Assembly (NCBI GenBank): GCA_037447605.1
Contig: CM074807.1
Coordinates: 1,054,001-1,118,000, forward strand
DNA length: 64,000 bases
Source: Zygnema circumcarinatum SAG 698-1b
Lineage: Eukaryota; Plantae; Zygnematophyceae
Reading direction: 5' to 3'
Numbering within the stretch: the first letter of the stretch is position 1; each line of letters begins with the position of its first letter. Both the position numbers and the translations under genes were made by a program. The notes beneath the pieces are model-generated. The model was not told the DNA's origin. It saw nothing but the letters and a program-made list of their open reading frames with translations, and did not search any database. Shown in pieces: positions 28,652 to 38,653 of the stretch.

Positions 28652-28969
28652 CATAGGTCTTACTATTCGATCGACCATTCGAATTGGTTGCGAACCATTG
28701 ATTCGCGACCCAGCCAACCATTACCAATGGTTGTAACCATTGGATTCAGTGGCTTTCTACCATTGCCAATGGTTCGAACCGTTGATTTGCGACCCGAGCA
28801 ACCAATGTTTCCAGCCATTGCCGTCGGACCAAAACAACCATTGCCAATGGTCGCAACCATTGGTTGACAATGGTTGCCAACCATTCGACTGCCTGCCAAC
28901 CATTGGACGTCCAACCATTGCCATCCAATGGTCGTCCAATGGTTGAAGATCCTACGGTCCGACCTGTGA
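28652..28969. mobile_element. Degenerate MITE-like element with an AACCATTG/CAATGGTT array, copy A
   Basis: Many short AACCATTG-type units plus the terminus GGTCCGACCTGTGA shared with copy B (40861-41276). No TSD recognised. Confidence 0.65.
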
Positions 28970-29148
28970 AGCGTTGTAACTCACAGTGCTGTTTCCATGC
29001 AAGGAAAGCCAGGGGCACATGGAGATAGTTTCAACGTTAGAGTGTACGGTCAACGGCGGGCGCACATGATGCATGCCATGCACGCATTAACTGTACGGAC
29101 TCGACGCGTGTCAACGTGCAATCCAATAGACCGTCCGATCACGATGAT

Positions 29149-29211
29149 TCGTACGGTCCACATTGAACCACTCTCCCCGAGGTTAAGCGCGGTTCAATGT
29201 GGACCGTACGA
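29149..29211. repeat. Perfect 21-bp inverted repeat with a 21-nt loop
   Basis: TCGTACGGTCCACATTGAACC (29149-29169) and GGTTCAATGTGGACCGTACGA (29191-29211). Confidence 0.95.
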
Positions 29212-29995
29212 CATGCATAGAGCGGTAAAATTTTCCAGCAGCCGTCGATTCGTTCCAGTGGCTCCATCCTGACCGTCCGCACCCGCCCATTAACATTGAG
29301 GGGAACCTGCAGAAGCCTCATCTTACCGCGCCATCATTCGCCTTGCCCGGCTCTTCCTTTTTCCATAGTTTCTCAAAAAACACTTGCGCCATAATGAATT
29401 TCATTCAAGAAACTGAGAGCGGCTGTAGCCAGGTTGTAGAATCCAGGAGACGAGACGCGCCTGAATTCTCAAGGACGCGAGAAGTTGAGAAACTCCAACG
29501 ATTGGGGCTCTCCCTAAAGCACATCCACCCTGCTCTTGAAGCAGCTGATGGTAGGGTCACCGAACTCCATTCTTCCTTTCTTTTCTTTACCGTCCTCGCT
29601 TCTATGTCACATTTTACGTCTAGATTGCCCTTTTTCGTGCCTCTTTCGTGCCTCTCAAAGGCTGACCTGTCCTAGTGATAGAATCTGTTGGAAGAAAACC
29701 TTTTGGGAAGTCATGAAGTCATTAGATAATCACAAGTCTGTACGGATTATAAAATCTCTCACCCCGATTTTTTCGTATCTCTTATGCATGTACTTTTAAC
29801 TACTCTCTCTCCCTTTTGCCTCTCCCTCTCACATTTCAGTGCTTTACTGAAATATCCCTCGTGTTGTAACTCGGTGTAGGAGATCTGAACAAAGCCGCTG
29901 AGTGGGCCTTCTCCCTCTGTCAACTTGAGCAAAGCGGATTTTCCCTCGAATCTAGCCTGAAGGCCTTGAAAGAAACTAATGGTATGTTCGTCCAT

Positions 29996-30390
29996 TTAGA
30001 GAGAGAGAGCAAGAAAGGGGATGGAGAGGGAGAGAGGAGAGTGGGGGGGGGAAGGGGGGAAAGAGGGGAAGGGAGTGGGGGACGGAGAGGGCAGGTAGTG
30101 GGAAAGGGAGGGGGGAGGGGGTTGTGGGAAGGAAAGGGAAGAGGTGGAGGGAAAGAGAGGGAAAGGGAAATAATGGGGGAGGGAACGTGAAGGAAAGAGG
30201 AAGCAAGGGAGTGTGGGGAAGAGGGAGAGTGTGACAGGGGGAGGGACGAGGGAGAGGAAGTAGAGGGAGAGGGGCAGAAAAGGGAGTGGGCGAGGGTGAG
30301 AAGTAGGGGAGGTGAAACAGGGAGAGAGAGAAAGGGGGGGGAGAAAGTGACGGAGAGAGTGAACGAGGGAGAGGGGGAGGGCGAGAGAAT
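29996..30390. repeat. Polypurine (G/A) low-complexity tract
   Basis: About 390 bp that is almost entirely G/A on the + strand. Confidence 0.9.
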
Positions 30391-30957
30391 AGTGTAGTGT
30401 ACAATAGGGGTATAGTACAACGTAGTACACTTTACGGTCGTTAGCCGATGTCGGCGGTCCTTGGTTGATACGGTCACAGTCTGAACAGGCGCTAGAGCGC
30501 TGTTCTGAGTCGGAAGACTTTCGGGTTTAAATAGGACACGTGGCGGGCGGCGATAGGCCGCGCCACCAGTGGAGTCCGCTTAGGTTTATAAGTGTTGTGT
30601 GGACACGTGGCGCGCGACGATAGGTCGCGCGGCTATGAGTTAGCTTAGTACGGATAATTGGAGGCGCGAAGGAGCACGGAAGGTTCGGAGCGACAGAGGA
30701 GCTTTCGGAAGGGAGTTTCAGTACGGACGCTCCCCTTCCCATGGCGGCCTCCCGAGCTGAGTTCCCGCGCGGCGCGGAGCGAACTCCAGAAGGCGGCGGA
30801 GCGACCTCGACGACATGGAGGTGGAACGCGGTGGCACGCGGTGTAACGTGGAGGTGCTTCAGCGGCCAGTATTTAGTGTGCTTAGAGCATAGTGTTAGTA
30901 ACCCTTAGAACCTTGCATCTCGGCTTGTGGTGCTGAGTGTAGAGGCCTGCTGTATGG

Positions 30958-31024
30958 GCAGCAGTAGATAGGAGTGATACAGCAGCAGTAGATAGGAGTG
31001 ATACAGCAGCAGTAGATAGGAGTG
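30958..31024 (+). repeat. 24-bp tandem repeat, about 2.8 copies
   Basis: Unit GCAGCAGTAGATAGGAGTGATACA. Confidence 0.9.
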
Positions 31025-31709
31025 TAGGGCAGAGCAGTAGGAATCGCCTGAGGGCTGAATTTCTGTGTGTAACCCTTCTTATCTATTTTTTAAGGAGTTT
31101 TGAGCCGGTGGGGCTTTCTCCTCTTACTTCACTTCTCGGTGTCATTTCTCTTCAGTCTTCATTCTCTCTTTCCGTTGTGTGCATTGGGGAGGGTGTGTTC
31201 GCTGAAGTGCAAGGATGTCTGAGAGTGCAGCAAGTGAGAGAGACCAGGCTCTAGTTTCCAACAAATAGAGCCTTTTTCTTTGGTGAAAACAGTCAGGTTG
31301 TAACGACATACACTTATTCATCAGAGGTGAAATTGTAATTTCGCGCTTTTCAAACGCGTTTTCGTTCCGTCGGTCTTTTCTTCTTTTGATTACATTTGAT
31401 TTTAAAGACAATCTTTGTTTTATTTGTGATTAGGAAGCTTTGCTCGAGCCCTAGATTGGTGCATCGACCAATATGTTAAGGTAGAGATTGGGCAGCCACC
31501 TTCGTCGAAGGTACATTTCGTCCTCTTTGCAAAATATCTGTAAGAGAAGCATTTTTTCTACTTATGTGATTGCTGACATTCGGCATTCTTCCTTTGGCCT
31601 TTTTTCAGCGCTTAGGAAAAAAACAGTGTTCGAGTTTCTTAATTCAAATTGTGTGTTTGCTACCCTGTTGTAATACCCATAACAGTATCATTTGTAATTG
31701 CGAGTTCAG

Positions 31710-32807
31710 ATGGAAGTGGATGAGGAGCGATCGGACGATGATTGGGAGGAGGAGGAAGAGGAACATGTTACATGGATCAAAAAGAAAACAGGATCTTCTG
31801 TTAGCAAACGCTTGCCCTCCATGAACTGCAACCCAACTTTTTACTTTTATTATGAAAACGTTCGGAAGGGTTGTCCATGGAAAGAGTTTTCTCAGTCCTT
31901 GTGGGGGGCTCGTGTCGAGTTTATTGATGCTAAAGAATTTTCGGCATGTCGGAGACTTAGGGGGTATCTGCATAACCTTCCACGAGAAGGTCGAGTGAAA
32001 CCAAAATATTTGGCCAGAACTATTCAAGAAGTTTTGCCAATTACTAAAAAGTATTGGCCTCTGTGGGATTCTCGAACGAAGTTGAATTGCATCAACACGA
32101 AACGAGGGCCTACAAGTGTTATGAATTGTATCAGTAAGTGGTTGGAGGAGGAAGAAGGGAGGCCTTCAAAACCGACTCAAAAAAAAATAATGAAACTTTG
32201 CAGAAAGTGGAATTTTGTGTGGACAAGACCAAACCAAGTGTCAAACTTGGAATGTCCTGAAATTGAAAAGTTTCTTGGATTCCCAGAAGGGCACACTCGG
32301 TCAATAAATGGGATTATAGCGAGGTTGAAGGCATTAGGGAATAGCTTTCATGTTCCCACAATTGAGTACCATCTCTCAGTGCTTCAACGAAAATTCCCAA
32401 ATGGAATCAATGTACTTTCGCTTTTTGATGGGATTGGAGGAGCAGCAGTGGCTTTATTTCAATCTGGGATAAAAATTAATGTGTACATCTCTGTTGAGAG
32501 CAATGAAAGTTCTCAAAGAGCGGCAAAGAGTTATTTTCAAGAAAGAATACCGGATGGGGGACGTCTGATCCTGGAAAAATGGGTAGAAGGATTAGATAGG
32601 GCGAAGCTTAAAGAATATGTTTTGAAGTATGGAAAATTTGATTTACTTATAGGTGGGAGCCCTTGTGATAATTTCACAGGAAATAATCGCGTTTCTAAGA
32701 ACAAGCTTACAGGGAGGTGTGGGATTTTAGGGAAGACTGGGCGTTTGTTTTTTCAGTTTCATAGGATTGCGAAAACATTAGAAAATATTCAAAAAGGACT
32801 CGGGTAG
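31710..32807 (+). CDS. DRM: DRM-type (domains rearranged) cytosine-5 DNA methyltransferase, catalytic domain in one uninterrupted ORF; upstream exons possible
   Basis: Permuted motif order typical of DRM: YYENV (VI), RLRGYLHNLP (VIII), WPLWDSRTKLNC, LGFPEGHTR (IX), LGNSF (X), then VLSLFDGIGG (I) and FDLLIGGSPC (IV, catalytic Cys). The ATG at 31710 directly follows a CAG, so it may be a splice acceptor. Confidence 0.93.
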   Translation: MEVDEERSDDDWEEEEEEHVTWIKKKTGSSVSKRLPSMNCNPTFYFYYENVRKGCPWKEFSQSLWGARVEFIDAKEFSACRRLRGYLHNLPREGRVKPKYLARTIQEVLPITKKYWPLWDSRTKLNCINTKRGPTSVMNCISKWLEEEEGRPSKPTQKKIMKLCRKWNFVWTRPNQVSNLECPEIEKFLGFPEGHTRSINGIIARLKALGNSFHVPTIEYHLSVLQRKFPNGINVLSLFDGIGGAAVALFQSGIKINVYISVESNESSQRAAKSYFQERIPDGGRLILEKWVEGLDRAKLKEYVLKYGKFDLLIGGSPCDNFTGNNRVSKNKLTGRCGILGKTGRLFFQFHRIAKTLENIQKGLG

Positions 32808-33899
32808 TTCAATGTCGGGAGCCAGTTTTGTTGTTAAAGACATTCAAAAAAATACTTGACATGTTAATGTTTTGTAGAACTTCACTTCATTGCATGGAAT
32901 ACGACATAATGTTTGTCATCATTTTTTAGTGGTAAGAAAAGCATTGCATTGCAGTGAATTGGATGCTTGTAATTGTATGGATGTGATGAATGTTTATTGG
33001 ATGAAATTGACCAACTCTAAAATTGAAATACAACAGAGCCTACGTATGGCTTCTTTAGGGAGGGGGAGAAGAGAGAGGGCGAGGCAGGCGGGGAAGAGGT
33101 GGAAGGGAGAGGGAGACGGAAGGTCAAACTATTTTCACAAATTTCAGACGTGTCGTGAATCGAAGATTATCGGGGATTATATGGCGAACAAAGCGTGTGA
33201 ACGCTCGTGCATGTAACGAATTGGGAAAGTGAGTGGAAAAAGGGAGAAAAATGGAGAAAGACGGAGAAGAAGGGGAGAAGGCGAGGAATGAGTTGGGAGA
33301 GAGGACGAGGGGGCAGGACAAGAGGAGGGAGGTCGATTGATTTCCACAAAAATTCTGACAGACTGTGCTTTGCGTGAAGTGTCGTGAATGTTTGCACGAG
33401 CATTCCAAAGCAAGCAAAAGGAAAGAGCCCATCCGTAAGAAGCCCATACGTAGCCAATCTCAATTAGTCCCAAATGGTCAATTTCAATAAGTCGACCGGT
33501 CGTTCCCTTCGCGTTCCAAATGGCTGCTATTACTATAGTTCTTATTTTCTTCAATGTCGGGAAATGCGCTCAGCGGCCTTTTGAAGCTCACCAGTATACG
33601 AATCAAAGATAGTAAAGCGACTCTACAAGTTGCGTTCATCGTACTGAAAATGAAAAGTCAACCAAGCTCTATCTCGGTTCTCGTCCCCGCATGTTGCTTA
33701 TACTAAACAGGTCTGCTGCAACAAAGACCAGATTCTATAACCCTAAAGAGTCTAAGAGCCTCTCACAAGTCAACCTCAGTCCATCCATGACAGTTTCTGT
33801 TGAAACTCTTTGCCAATTCCCATCGTTAATGCCTCCTTTTCCTAAGGCGCTTCGTGCAAGTCATTGTCTCGAGGAGGCCGCTTCTACTTCAACAAGTCC

Positions 33900-35581
33900 T
33901 CAGCTCGTGTCCATAGGCGCAGGTCCCAAGTCAGCTGGGTGACTAAGAGGTGTGGTCGGTGGCCCTGCCTGCACTCGAGCTTGTAAGTTTGGCGGCATGA
34001 CTGCCTGCACAGGAGGCAAAAACGTTCCTGGCTGACCTGCCGTTACAGGCATTCCACTGGGAGGTTCGCCCGCACAGACTGGAAACACAGAAGGAGCAGG
34101 AACTGGTTGGAAGGTGGCTGTTGCGGTAGGAGCAGGCGTTTCAAGGGACTGGAATAAGGGACCTGAAGATAGCACAGAAGGAGCAAACGTCTCGTGCGAA
34201 CCGGAGACAGAGGAGGGTTTCACAGGTGCAAGAGTGGACGCTACGGCCTCTGAAGGGCTTTCTTCTGCTGCTTTGGCAAATTTCTCTTGAGCTATTTTGG
34301 CTGCCTGCACGAGTTTGCAGCGGAAGCAGATGATTACGAACTGCTGAGTAATTAACGATGGACCATTCCGTTAATGTAGGCAATGGTAAAATCAAACCTG
34401 ATCGCAAAGGGGAAGTGGAGAGAGGAGAGTGTGAATTCACTTCTGCATCAATCTCTCTTGCACAGGGGGGGGGGCAAGAAAAACCAAAATTTCTACTAGC
34501 TACTTTTTCGAAAGCTTCACCCAGTTCTTTCTCATACCTCTATAGCAACGGCTGCTAAGTCCTTTCCTTCGTTGGAGCTAGCCACTGCTGGAGCTGCGAA
34601 TTTATTTAAAACAGCTTCCCTATCATCATTACTTTTCTCCCTCCCGACTTCTTGTTGACCCTCCGCCTGTTGGCTCGTTCCATCCGCCTGCCACATCCAG
34701 GCACAGTTGTCAGTTTCATCGCTTGTGACATGGTCGGATCTAGATACACAAGCAAGCAATTTTGTGTTGCCAGGTATGAGGAAAATATCGGAGCCCGCTG
34801 TCTCTTGTTTGAAGAGAATAATAATCTTTTAATTCAATTCAGAAATTATGCAGCGATTAATGAAGTTCAGATTTTTATCAGACGCCGGCTCAGGATCCCA
34901 TCGCGTGGGCTGATAAACAGTGTTCAGTGTACTATGAAAATTCTGAGCGTTTCAAACTCGGGAAAAGCAAGCTCACTTAATAAATCGCTAAGTTGCTAGG
35001 GCAATATTCACAATTATTTTTTTTTGGAATTCGCCGTGTTCGGGCTTCTGGCATAGTCTCTACTGTTCTCCTTGGAGTTCTGTGCACTCTACTGGAAGTT
35101 AAATAAATCATTCGTTGTTCTTAAAGCAAGGATACAATCTTTTTAAGCAACAATGCTCCTTACAATCCTATAAATGGAGGCGCCAGATGCTGCATGAGTT
35201 CGAGCCATTCAGACTGAAAAATAAGTAAAGGATATCAATTTCATGTTCCAGAAAAATCACTCTTAGTGTCGACCCATCGAATTCCAAAACTGCTGAATCT
35301 TCCTCAGAGACAGAAGATTAGCTATTGCAGATAGACTACAACGCCTCACGGTTCTGACTCGAGAAAAGATGTCAGACAACAGAAATTACCGTCCTGTAAA
35401 GAATCACAAGCCATTCATTTGCTACTTTGCACCGCTCTACCATTGTCTCCTTACTTACCGCTCGTTCATGCTGCTCGCTGCTCCTTCCATCCCCGCCAAC
35501 CTCATCTCGTCCTTGCCCCTTCTGCTGCTCCTGGTCATCTTTCCCTTCCCTCCCTGCTCGCTGCTGCTGCTCATCCGCCAT
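33900..35581 (-). CDS. Hydrophilic low-complexity Q/E/A/P-rich protein (LEA/hydrophilin-like, family unrecognised)
   Basis: Three in-frame exons: MADEQQQRAGREG..HERA | ADGTSQQAEG..LAAVAIE | AAKIAQEKF..PMDTS*. Confidence 0.7.
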
Positions 35582-35819
35582 GGTCTAGAAGCTGCCTCCG
35601 AGTGCTCCTCCCTTCGCTGCCTCACTTCAAACCTTATTCTATTTTGTACGCCAGAGATGAAAATTTAGCGAGTGCATGCGCAGGTGCGCGAGAGAGTGGG
35701 GAAGTCTGAGAGAAAGAGTGAGAGAGAGAGAAAGGGAGAGAGAGAGCGGGAGAGAGGGAGACGGAGAGAGAGCTGCGAAGAATTGGGAGAGACGAGACTC
35801 TCAAAACTTGCTGCAGATG

Positions 35820-35940
35820 GGAGGGCGCCACGTGTCGCGACTGTACGCGTCTACCGACACAGGAATGTGCCACGTGGCATGCTGCTGATGTGGTATGGCC
35901 ACGCAAGCAGAACTCTCCCCAGAGCGCGCCACGTCAATGC
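35820..35940. promoter_or_regulatory. ABRE/G-box cluster in a bidirectional promoter
   Basis: GCCACGTGTC 35827-35836, GCCACGTGGC 35869-35878, GCCACGCA near 35898, GCCACGTCA 35928-35936. Confidence 0.7.
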
Positions 35941-36518
35941 CAAGCCCGAGCCAGAACTCCTGCGATTGCGGAATCCACTTGCCGTATATTTGATCAACTT
36001 GTTGGGCGGAGAATGACCCTGTGGGTGGTAGATCCGTGGAGTCTCGTCCTGTGCCAGTTGCCCACACCGGTGAAATTAAATCAACAACGTGCGAACGAAT
36101 CCATTGCTGACACGCCATCCGGAATTTCCAAAATCTGAATTGTGTGTATAGATTCTGTAGAATCATGGCAGGTTTCCCTGGCCGCTGCCGTGGTTCAACA
36201 GTTCACCCGCGCGCTTCCGATCAACAAGGCCAGTGGAATCGCGCGTATGGGCGGAAATTTTCGAAGGTGGACTCTTGGGGGGGACATGCAGCTCCTGCAA
36301 CGACAGGCGGAGTGCAGGACGAGGCCGAGGGGATCAGGGATTTGGTGAAAAGCTGTGCTGGTCAGAAGGTAAACCAAAAAAATCAGTAAAAATAGAAGAA
36401 AGGGGCTAAGCAAAGTCATAAAAGGGATCAATAGGGGATCTATCCTCACAAAAGTAAACGAAAAAGCAATCTCCAAAAAAAGTCGTCATTTGCCGAGCTT
36501 GCAAAGAGCAAAGCAGAC

Positions 36519-37978
36519 ATGTCTCAAGCACCACAGCAGCAGGGAGGGAGTCAGAAGCAAGAGCAAGGGAGTGGTGGAGAGCAGCAGCAACAGCAGCAGA
36601 AGCCTACTACTCCGCAAGACGAGGTCTGTAAGTTGCGGCTAGCGATCGCGTCGTTCTTTAGTAGAATGAAATCTATAACTTCGAGTTGGATGTATTCTTT
36701 AGAAACCTTTGACATACGGGCTCATATTTTCTTCGTCGTTCGTTTTTACCAGTTGCTTTGGCCTTTAGCCTAAACACATGGTATTGTCTGGACATTGGAG
36801 TGTCCACGTTCAATGGCTTTCCTTTAACTAAGATTATACGAAACCAATACGCCAACGACCAACCTCGGTTTTCCTATGAAGAACTCACAGAACTTTCAGT
36901 CCCGGCTTCCGATGTAACTTTTTCATGCATGGGTAAAACCAAGTACTGCATCGTTCCGTCTGTCTCAATATTCTGAACAGTGCTTTAAAACAACCTTTTT
37001 TACTTCGAACCTTTTTAGATTTTTAATCCATTGATCTGCTGCGAGTTAAATCATCACAGCCACAAGAAACTACTTATTTTTTGGCTCATATATTGATTTC
37101 ATGTCATACATGCATGCAGGCAAGGCAAGCGTCGTTGGAGGCCTTTCAGGCGCAGCAAGAAGCAGAGGAAGCGACCAAGAAAGCATATGCTAAGCAGTTG
37201 CAAGCACAAGAAAAGTCTCAAATCGCAGCGCAGTCTGCTGAAGCACAACGAGCTGCGGCGACACAAGCAGCTAGCATGGCTGCATCTGAAGCTGCAAGGA
37301 AAATTCTGGAGGAACAGAAAGAAGTTACTCAGAATCAGGTGCAACAGTCGGCTATCCAGGGGATGGTTGCTCAGCAAGCTGCACAGCAAGCTGTTGCAAT
37401 GCAGTCCCAACAATCCACTGTTAACCAAGACAAAGAAGGTGGCAGTCAGCCTCATGTGCCAGGGTCGGCCATGGGTATGCCGCCTGTTCCACCGTCAGCG
37501 ATGCCTGTCCCGTCAGCTTTCACACAGTCCGTGCAGCACAGCCCGGGAACTCCTCTGCAGCAGGCTGTGAGGCAGGCGGCCTTTCAGATGGCATGCGAAG
37601 CTTCAGCAGGAATGGCAGCCGCGCAGCAATCTGCAGCACAAGCCCCTACAGATCCTGCCACTCAGCAGGTTTGTTTCGTGTTACTGGCTGGACTGACTCA
37701 GTCTATCACAAGCAATGCAGTTTGGAATGTTTGATTTCCAGAGTTTTTGTATGTGTTGAAGATGAGTTGGTCGAGAATGCTTTTTCTTTTCAAGTCATTG
37801 CCTTGCGAGTAACAAGCTTACATGTGTTGTGTGGTAATGGAGTGAGTTGCAGGTCGCAGCCCAACGAGCTCAGGCAGCGCAGCAGCAGATGTCCTTCGCC
37901 CAGCAGGTTGCTGGAGCGGCAGATACCTCAGAAGGGGCCCAGCAAGCCGCTCACGCCTTGCGAATGATGACACAATGA
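36519..37978 (+). CDS. Hydrophilic low-complexity Q/A-rich coiled-coil/disordered protein (LEA-like, family unrecognised)
   Basis: Three in-frame exons: MSQAPQQQ..PQDE | ARQASLEAFQAQQE..PATQQ | VAAQRAQAAQQQ..RMMTQ*. Stop at 37976-37978. Confidence 0.75.
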
Positions 37979-38653
37979 CCGACATTGGCACATTCTGGAC
38001 GACAGCGGACATGTCTGATTGTAGAAATATCTTCCAAGCCTGACATGCACATGATGGCAAGCTGCTCCAGCTATGAGCAGCTACAACGACACTACGCTCG
38101 GAGCATAAAGGCACATCTTCTGGACCATAGTAGACTTTGCTTTTGAAGTCATTCCAGCAAACACTTGATTTGACATAGACTTGCTTCTTAACTGCTATGC
38201 TTAATGCAGCGTTACTCCCGTCAGACTATCTTCTTCAATTTATGTTTGGCTTGCACGGAGTGCGTCTTTAGAAGCTTCCCGACTCCAAGGTTAAGAGAAT
38301 AGTTCTTTCCCCTTTCGTGCAACTTCCAGGTCAACAGGTGGGAAAGAAAGCAAAAAACGAACATCTTCGTAACACAAAAAATAGCTTAAGCATATGTGTG
38401 CCACCACCTTTCCAGGTAGTTCACAAAAAAGTGGAACTCGAAGAATATGGGCCAAAAAGCCCAGGAACGAGTTCTCTACCGCGGCCGTGACTTGATGCTC
38501 CTTTAGAAGGGCAGCTTCAATGTTGAAAAAAAAATGGAATAATGGGACACCCATACTGCCAAGAGCTAATGATTTACAGTGAACCCAATCAGACTACGGG
38601 CATACAAAAATGTGGATGATCAAAATACCAAAAAAAATAGAGGAGCCCCTTAC

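Noticed and set aside
29920-30477. Several overlapping Pro/Ser-rich or Gly/Arg-rich ORFs
   Set aside because: They are stop-free artefacts of a polypurine tract.
28970-33650. TIR/TSD or Helitron termini bounding the whole DRM cassette
   Set aside because: Searched by eye without finding a convincing pair, so mobility remains an inference.
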